A DNA stretch of 64,000 bases. Origin: a virus. The position numbers were made by a program, and so were the translations under genes. The stretch is from positions 64,001-128,000 of the IMG/VR virus record IMGVR_UViG_3300045988_167206, one strand, 5' to 3'. The notes beneath the pieces were generated by a model that saw only the letters and a program-made list of their open reading frames with translations, made no database searches and was not told the origin of the DNA. This document shows positions 59,904-64,000 of this stretch, one piece after another; the stretch's first letter is position 1; each line of letters begins with the position of its first letter.

Positions 59904-61349
59904 TTATAATGCAACAACCATATCTTTAACAGAAGCGACTACTTTAAATGTTTTATCTTCTTTTGATATGGCATCTTTCAAATCTTTTTTTAAACTATTT
60001 TTTGCTACTTCAGATCCATGTACTAAAATCAATTTTTCTGTATTAATTTTAGATCCATATGTAATAAGTTCATTTCGATTTGCATGACTTGAAAATGTTC
60101 CAAGCGATATACAATCTGCTTTATTTTCAACACCATCTCCACTGATCTTTATAATTTTGTTTTCCTTATAGTTTTTTATTCTATAAGACAAATAAGAGTT
60201 GTCGGATCCAGTGTATCCACTAAAAATAACCATACTATTTTCATCGCTGAGATATTCATGTAAATAAGATAAAATACGTCCGTTTGTACAAAATCCAGAA
60301 CTACTTAATATAATTTTAGGCCGATGATCTTTTACAATTGCCAAAGAGTCTTCTTTTTCACGAATAAAATGAACTTTATTCCATCCTACAACTTTATTCC
60401 ATAGTTTTAACTCTTCTTCAGATAAAAGAGTAGAGTATAAGTCACAAATATCACATGATAATATAGAATCAACTATAATATCGTAATTAAATGAAATATC
60501 ATGATAGATATTGTACAAATTAGTAAGAATTTCTTGAGTCCTACTAAAACTAAAGCATGGCATAATAACAGATCCACCACGTTCAGTTACGGTATCAATC
60601 GCAGTTTTTAAATGATCCAAATCGAATTTTCGAGTCTTTTTATTTATTCGTCCTGGTTCTCCATATGTAGATTCCATAATTGTAATTTTGTTAAAATCTG
60701 TTGGAATTTCTGTATTATGAACATAATGATTTTTGGTATTTAAAGAACCAATATCAGAAGTGTATAAAATAGATTTTGAAACACCATTTTGATCTCGAAG
60801 CGTAAGCTGAAGCTGTCTAGCTCCAACACAATGACTATTCTCATACCATTTAAAAGAAACAATATCGTCAAGAATATACTGTATATGTAACTCATCATAT
60901 TCAACAATATATTTCAAAGTATTCATAACATCATTTTCTTCATAGATAGGAGAGTAGTTTCGTTTATATTTAAATGATAAGGCGTTTGCTTCACTAAATA
61001 AAATAAAAGCACAGTTATAAAGTAAAGGCTTCATAAGTTGTGCAGTAGCGTGTGAAGCGATAATTTTTCCAGTAAATCCTTCTTTAACTAATCTTGGTAG
61101 CAACCCAATATGATCAACATGAGTATGGCCAACAAACACATAATCAATTTCAGAAGGCTTAAAAGGAAATTTGGCAGAGTTTATATTATATGATTCAAGA
61201 TAATTGTTATTTTGGTAAAGACCGCATTCCAATAAAATCTTTTTTCCATTAAACTTAATATAAATACAACTGCCGGTAACATCGTTGGCATTTTGTCCAA
61301 TTAAATAAATGCCATCGTCTTTTTTCTTTTTGCTGATATCCAACACCAA
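59904..61349 (-). CDS. MBL-fold beta-CASP nuclease (481 aa)
   Basis: VGHTHVDHIG is the H-x-H-x-DH motif. It has later His/Asp motifs (ENSHCVG, SDIG, a C-terminal FSSHAN), and its length and architecture fit RNase J/CPSF-type enzymes. TTG start. Confidence 0.7.
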   Translation of the reverse strand: MVLDISKKKKDDGIYLIGQNANDVTGSCIYIKFNGKKILLECGLYQNNNYLESYNINSAKFPFKPSEIDYVFVGHTHVDHIGLLPRLVKEGFTGKIIASHATAQLMKPLLYNCAFILFSEANALSFKYKRNYSPIYEENDVMNTLKYIVEYDELHIQYILDDIVSFKWYENSHCVGARQLQLTLRDQNGVSKSILYTSDIGSLNTKNHYVHNTEIPTDFNKITIMESTYGEPGRINKKTRKFDLDHLKTAIDTVTERGGSVIMPCFSFSRTQEILTNLYNIYHDISFNYDIIVDSILSCDICDLYSTLLSEEELKLWNKVVGWNKVHFIREKEDSLAIVKDHRPKIILSSSGFCTNGRILSYLHEYLSDENSMVIFSGYTGSDNSYLSYRIKNYKENKIIKISGDGVENKADCISLGTFSSHANRNELITYGSKINTEKLILVHGSEVAKNSLKKDLKDAISKEDKTFKVVASVKDMVVAL

Positions 61350-61371
61350 CTTTCAGTATATTTAACATATA

Positions 61372-61584
61372 TTAAAAACGAAAATCTTGTTTGTTTTTGC
61401 TTTTATAAAGATCAGTCTGGTGTCTGGATTTTCTATAATCATTTAGAAGCTGCACACTTCTATATCGAGTAGTTAACCAGTATTTCTTTCCTCTACTTTT
61501 ATGAGTTTTACTTGTAACGTGTACATCGAATCCTCGTCCTTTTGAACGTAGATATTCTGCTTCTTTTGAAGTAATAGTAATCAA
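61372..61584 (-). CDS. small basic protein (70 aa)
   Basis: TTG start after GAGGAA. Lys/Arg-rich. No family recognised. Confidence 0.4.
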   Translation of the reverse strand: MITITSKEAEYLRSKGRGFDVHVTSKTHKSRGKKYWLTTRYRSVQLLNDYRKSRHQTDLYKSKNKQDFRF

Positions 61585-61629
61585 ATTTATTTCCTCACTT
61601 TTAAATTATTTCTCCAATCAGGAGATAAT

Positions 61630-61711
61630 GGGAAGTGATGGAGTTGAACCACCCGAGTCTTTCGACAACAGATTTACAGTCTGCCCCGCTACCCCTACGG
61701 TATAACTTCCC
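61630..61711 (-). tRNA. tRNA-Tyr (GTA)
   Basis: Acceptor stem GGGAAGT/ACTTCCC, anticodon arm GCAGA-CTGTAAA-TCTGT, a long variable arm, and T arm GGTGG-TTCAACT-CCATC. Confidence 0.8.
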
Positions 61712-61734
61712 TTGTTTTCTTTACTTTTTCATCT

Positions 61735-61859
61735 TGGCTGAGGATTTGTGCCCTCCAACCAAAGATATAGTCTGTGTACTTTAGACTGCCATTTACTTTA
61801 CACTCTAAATGGTCAAAACGTAACCGAGGCTGCTGGCGCGACCAGTGCATGTCAGTTAA
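61735..61859 (-). ncRNA. unassigned hairpin-rich spacer between tRNA-Trp and tRNA-Tyr (degenerate tRNA or small RNA?)
   Basis: Four consecutive stem-loops on minus: CTGG-TCGCG-CCAG, CCATTTA-(10 nt)-TAAATGG, AGTCT-(9 nt)-AGACT, and the T-arm-like GAGG-GCACAAAT-CCTC. No acceptor stem could be paired. Confidence 0.25.
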
Positions 61860-61931
61860 CACACCCTCAAGGACTCGAACCCTGTTCTACGGTTTTGGAG
61901 ACCGTCATAATACCACATATACCAAAGGTGC
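61860..61931 (-). tRNA. tRNA-Trp (CCA)
   Basis: Anticodon arm ACGGT-CTCCAAA-ACCGT and T arm CAGGG-TTCGAGT-CCTTG. The acceptor stem GCACCTT/AGGGTGT has two G-U pairs. The D arm is AT-rich and weak. Confidence 0.7.
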
Positions 61932-61941
61932 AAAAAAATAA

Positions 61942-62023
61942 CGCCGTGCACACGATTCGAACGTGCAAGTCCTTTCAGACCAACAGTTTTCAAGACTGCT
62001 CCCTCACCACCCGGACACACGGC
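61942..62023 (-). tRNA. tRNA-Ser (TGA)
   Basis: Acceptor stem GCCGTGT/GCACGGC, anticodon arm GCAGT-CTTGAAA-ACTGT, a long variable arm, and a TTCGAAT T-loop. Confidence 0.8.
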
Positions 62024-62030
62024 ATAATAA

Positions 62031-62103
62031 AGCTGAAATAGAGACTTGAACTCTAAACCTGCTGATTACAAATCAGCTGCTCTGCCAATTGAGCTATTCC
62101 AGC
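62031..62103 (-). tRNA. tRNA-Thr (TGT)
   Basis: Canonical cloverleaf: acceptor stem GCTGGAA/TTTCAGC, D arm GCTC-AATTGGC-AGAGC, anticodon arm GCTGA-TTTGTAA-TCAGC, and T arm TAGAG-TTCAAGT-CTCTA. Confidence 0.85.
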
Positions 62104-62169
62104 AAAATCCGTCTTTCCGGATTGTCAGACCGAGATACCAGTCATTTACTAATTAAATTTTAAACTTGC

Positions 62170-62198
62170 TTGACAAAAATATCCAATAATGGTATTAT
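62170..62198 (+). promoter_or_regulatory. consensus sigma-A-type promoter (plus strand)
   Basis: TTGACA (62170-62175), a 17-nt spacer, then TATTAT (62193-62198). Confidence 0.65.
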
Positions 62199-62360
62199 CC
62201 CATTCGTTAGAGGTCGAGAATCCCAAAAGGATTCATAGGAAGATAGTGCAAACTGGACTCCGTGGTAAACCAAGCAATATACAACGGTTATTATACGGCC
62301 GCCTTTATGGGCAGATTTTAGCTCATGTGCCTCCAATCGGTAGGAGAGGAGGTTTTTACT
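62199..62360 (+). promoter_or_regulatory. structured 5' leader of the small-peptide gene with a possible SD-sequestering helix
   Basis: Several hairpins, for example GAAUCC-CAAAA-GGAUUC. CCUCC (about 62331) can pair with the SD GGAGG (about 62347-62352). Confidence 0.4.
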
Positions 62361-62441
62361 ATGAATGATTATATTACATATATTATTCTAGGACTTGATG
62401 CACTCGTATGGGTGCTGAAGGTTATTAAAACATTTTGTTAA
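62361..62441 (+). CDS. 26-aa hydrophobic peptide (MNDYITYIILGLDALVWVLKVIKTFC)
   Basis: ATG lies 8 nt after GGAGAGGAGG. It has a single predicted TM helix and its own promoter and terminator. It was not in the ORF track because it is under 60 aa. Confidence 0.5.
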   Translation: MNDYITYIILGLDALVWVLKVIKTFC

Positions 62442-62500
62442 TTTCTTGTTGTTGAGCTTGGCGGGATAATAATTCCATTATTGGATTAATCATAGTAGTA

Positions 62501-62538
62501 GAAGCTGCATCCTGCAGCTTCTTTCTTTGTGTTTTTTG
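62501..62538 (+). terminator. Rho-independent terminator (plus strand)
   Basis: 9-bp stem GAAGCTGCA/TGCAGCTTC (62501-62509 / 62513-62521), followed by TTTCTTTGTGTTTTTTG. Confidence 0.75.
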
Positions 62539-62540
62539 AT

Positions 62541-62787
62541 ATGCTCCCAATCTAAAAGACCTGAGGTCTCCCAGGAAGGATTTTCACCTTCGAGTTCCCA
62601 GCATGGTGGGCGGTAACTGTTCATATCTTTAACGCAAAGCAGAGTATTCGAAACTCAATCCAATAAAGGATCGCATGACTTAGCAGGTCAGCTCCGTGCC
62701 TCACGGATTTACTTTGCAATTTTAAAGGAGAGGGAGGATAAAACCTCCCCAGAAAAAAGAAAGAGGTAGTAACTATAACAAATCAAC
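62541..62787 (-). ncRNA. unassigned structured non-coding region (strand uncertain)
   Basis: No ORF, and relatively GC-rich. Many hairpins: AGACC-UGA-GGUCU, CCCA-GCAUGG-UGGG, GAGU-AUUCGAA-ACUC, CCGUG-CCU-CACGG and GGGAGG-AUAAAA-CCUCCC. An extended -10 TGTTATAGT sits on minus at 62780-62772. Confidence 0.3.
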
Positions 62788-62815
62788 AAAAAAATATTGA
62801 GTGTAAAACACTCAG
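62788..62815 (-). terminator. Rho-independent terminator after the first tRNA sub-cluster
   Basis: Stem TGAGTG/CACTCA (62798-62803 / 62809-62814), followed on minus by ATATTTTTTTG. Confidence 0.75.
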
Positions 62816-62901
62816 TGCTATCTGTGGGACTCGAACCCACACTTCGTGTTTCAGAAACAGGATTTTAAGTCCTGTGCGCCTGCCAGTTACGCCAAGATAG
62901 C
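62816..62901 (-). tRNA. tRNA-Leu (TAA)
   Basis: Acceptor stem GCTATCT/AGATAGC, anticodon arm CAGGA-CTTAAAA-TCCTG, a long variable arm, T arm GTGGG-TTCGAGT-CCCAC, and A73. Confidence 0.85.
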
Positions 62902-62912
62902 ATTTATTTATA

Positions 62913-62985
62913 AGCACTATATGAGAGTCGAACTCATATCATCTGATTGGAAGTCAGATATCATGTTCCGTTAAACCAATAGTGC
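62913..62985 (-). tRNA. tRNA-Gly (TCC)
   Basis: Acceptor stem GCACTAT/ATAGTGC, anticodon arm TCTGA-CTTCCAA-TCAGA, and T arm ATGAG-TTCGACT-CTCAT. Confidence 0.8.
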
Positions 62986-63139
62986 ATCGGCAGGGAAGCG
63001 GAATTCTGCCTTCTAATTCTCTTATTACCTACTAAATTATAAAGAGCCATGGTTTTATAAAATTTCGGATCCTCTGTAGAAAGAGGATAACATTCTTTAT
63101 AATTACTCATTCTGAGATTATACTTAGTACTTCCCCAAA

Positions 63140-63210
63140 TAGCGGAGGCTGGATTTGAACCAACGTCTCTAGAGCATGAATCTAGCAAGGAACCGCTCCT
63201 CTACTCCGCG
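63140..63210 (-). tRNA. tRNA with CAT anticodon (Met / Ile2 / initiator not resolved)
   Basis: Anticodon arm CTAGA-TTCATGC-TCTAG and T arm GTTGG-TTCAAAT-CCAGC. The acceptor stem CGCGGAG/CTCCGCT has a C1-U72 mismatch. Position 37 is G. Confidence 0.7.
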
Positions 63211-63389
63211 TTATTCGTATATTTATGGTAGAACTATATCTATGTCGTCTTACAACATACAGCATGTTCACTTATTGCCTACTAAAGATTTCGTACTTAA
63301 ACCCGATCAGGAATATAATAAAATCACTCGGTTAACACATGCAATTATATTCCGTGTACCTATCTACACCAAACTTTCAGGCACCATAG

Positions 63390-63463
63390 TTGGAATGACG
63401 GGATTTGAACCCACAACGTCTTGGTCCCAAACCAAGCGGACTGCCAAGTTGTCCTACATTCCA
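63390..63463 (-). tRNA. tRNA-Pro (TGG)
   Basis: Acceptor stem TGGAATG/CATTCCA, D stem GGAC/GTCC, anticodon arm CTTGG-TTTGGGA-CCAAG, and a TTCAAAT T-loop. Confidence 0.8.
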
Positions 63464-63471
63464 AAATTAAG

Positions 63472-63544
63472 CTCTCCCAGCAGGACTCGAACCTGCGACA
63501 CAACGGTTAACGGCCGTTTGCTCTACCAACTGAGCTATAAGAGA
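63472..63544 (-). tRNA. tRNA-Asn (GTT)
   Basis: D arm GCTC-AGTTGGTA-GAGC, anticodon arm AACGG-CCGTTAA-CCGTT (C rather than U at position 33), and T arm GCAGG-TTCGAGT-CCTGC. Confidence 0.75.
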
Positions 63545-63552
63545 ATGTAATC

Positions 63553-63575
63553 AGGGTAGGAAAGTATCCTACCCT
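63553..63575 (-). terminator. stem-loop between the HU gene and the tRNA array (no U-tract)
   Basis: 9-bp stem AGGGTAGGA/TCCTACCCT with a 5-nt loop, 8 nt after the HU stop. Confidence 0.35.
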
Positions 63576-63583
63576 ATATTTAG

Positions 63584-63859
63584 TTACGCATTTACTGCTT
63601 CTTTGATCTGTTTTCCAAATTTACATCTTACAGCATTTTTAGCATCGACCATTACAGTTTCACCTGTTCTTGGATTACGAGCTGTACGAGCATCCTTATG
63701 TACTGTAGAAAGTGTAACGCCATCCATCAGTTTAACCTCATCGCCTTTTACAAGTGTATCAAATGTAACTGCCTGGATAGCTTCCATAACGGACTTAATA
63801 TCCTTCTGTGTAAATCCTGTCTTTGTTGCAACTTCTTTAATCATTTCTACTTTGTTCAT
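63584..63859 (-). CDS. hup: HU/IHF-family DNA-binding protein (91 aa)
   Basis: MNKVEMIKEVATKTGFTQKDIKSVMEAI...ARTARNPRTGETVMVDAKNAVRCKFGKQIKEAVN matches the HU fold signature throughout (R.GRNP.TGE...I). Confidence 0.9.
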   Translation of the reverse strand: MNKVEMIKEVATKTGFTQKDIKSVMEAIQAVTFDTLVKGDEVKLMDGVTLSTVHKDARTARNPRTGETVMVDAKNAVRCKFGKQIKEAVNA

Positions 63860-63903
63860 TATAAATTTCTCCTTTTATTCATTAAAAATATAGTATTTTG
63901 TGT

Positions 63904-63932
63904 ATAATAAAAGCGGTGCATAAAACACCGCT
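63904..63932 (-). terminator. Rho-independent terminator upstream of the HU gene
   Basis: Stem AGCGGTG/CACCGCT (63912-63918 / 63926-63932), followed on minus by TTTATTAT. Confidence 0.6.
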
Positions 63933-63949
63933 GATATTGACGAGTTTAT

Positions 63950-64000
63950 TTAGTTGAAAATATTATTTGCGATCTCAGCTCCACGATCACCAAGAATTTC
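63950..64000 (-). CDS. 3' end of an unidentified gene (16 codons visible)
   Basis: The open frame ...EILGDRGAEIANNIFN ends at a TAA (63952-63950) and is followed by a terminator. It is too short to assign. Confidence 0.3.
   Translation of the reverse strand, partial: EILGDRGAEIANNIFN

Noticed and set aside
62199-62360. The leader of the small-peptide gene as a known riboswitch (c-di-GMP, preQ1, etc.).
   Set aside because: I could not match any riboswitch consensus from memory; the GCAAAC string alone is not diagnostic. A 26-aa hydrophobic peptide is also not a typical riboswitch-controlled product. It is left as an unassigned structured leader.
62541-62787. tmRNA, SRP RNA or RNase P RNA identity for the structured region.
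   Set aside because: - tmRNA: there is no acceptor/T-arm pairing with a matching 5' end, and no tag-like reading frame ending in an Ala-rich peptide.
- SRP RNA: there is no domain IV motif.
- RNase P RNA: the region is too short and lacks the conserved motifs.
61748-63550. ORF-track entries 61748-62041(+), 62961-63188(-), 63176-63550(+), and also 57560-57754(-).
   Set aside because: They run straight through hand-folded tRNA genes and have no ribosome-binding sites. They are artefacts of stop-poor tRNA sequence.
1-64000. Alternative genetic code or suppressor tRNAs (stop-codon reassignment, as in some gut phages).
   Set aside because: All large genes read through cleanly in the standard code. 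No tRNA has a CUA, UUA or UCA anticodon. The UAG anticodon at 57621-57695 decodes CUA (Leu), not a stop.
1-64000. CRISPR arrays, rRNA genes, integrase/att sites and transposase-type insertion sequences.
   Set aside because: No regularly spaced direct repeats were seen on reading through the window. No rRNA-like conserved blocks were seen. No tyrosine or serine recombinase or DDE transposase motifs were seen.

Overview
This AT-rich window looks like about 64 kb of a tailed (siphovirus-type) phage or phage-plasmid from a low-GC Gram-positive host. Almost everything is transcribed on the minus strand. From right to left it holds:
- an HU-like gene and a split array of 9 tRNAs, interrupted by a small plus-strand peptide unit and unassigned structured RNA
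- an enzyme cluster: beta-CASP MBL nuclease, ClpP-like protease, calcineurin-type phosphoesterase
- one more odd tRNA
- packaging genes (possible small terminase, large terminase, portal) and head genes (protease/scaffold, capsid)
- connector genes and the major tail protein
- a small accessory island containing RusA
- a very large tape-measure gene
- Dit, Tal and a 2437-aa multidomain receptor-binding protein
- several tail-fibre genes

Three things stand out.
1. The tape-measure reading frame is broken into three blocks, about 4,500 codons in total. The first break is a group-I-intron-like element carrying a homing-endonuclease-like ORF. The second is a 2.9-kb intervening region that carries two opposite-strand genes.
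2. A plasmid-style maintenance module sits inside the tail-fibre cluster. It has a RepA_N-like initiator with internal iterons plus tubR-tubZ, which suggests extrachromosomal carriage.
3. A toxin-like 26-aa hydrophobic peptide unit and unassigned structured RNAs lie inside the tRNA array.

No integrase, endolysin, CRISPR array or rRNA was seen. All family assignments rest on motif recognition by eye; no searches were run.
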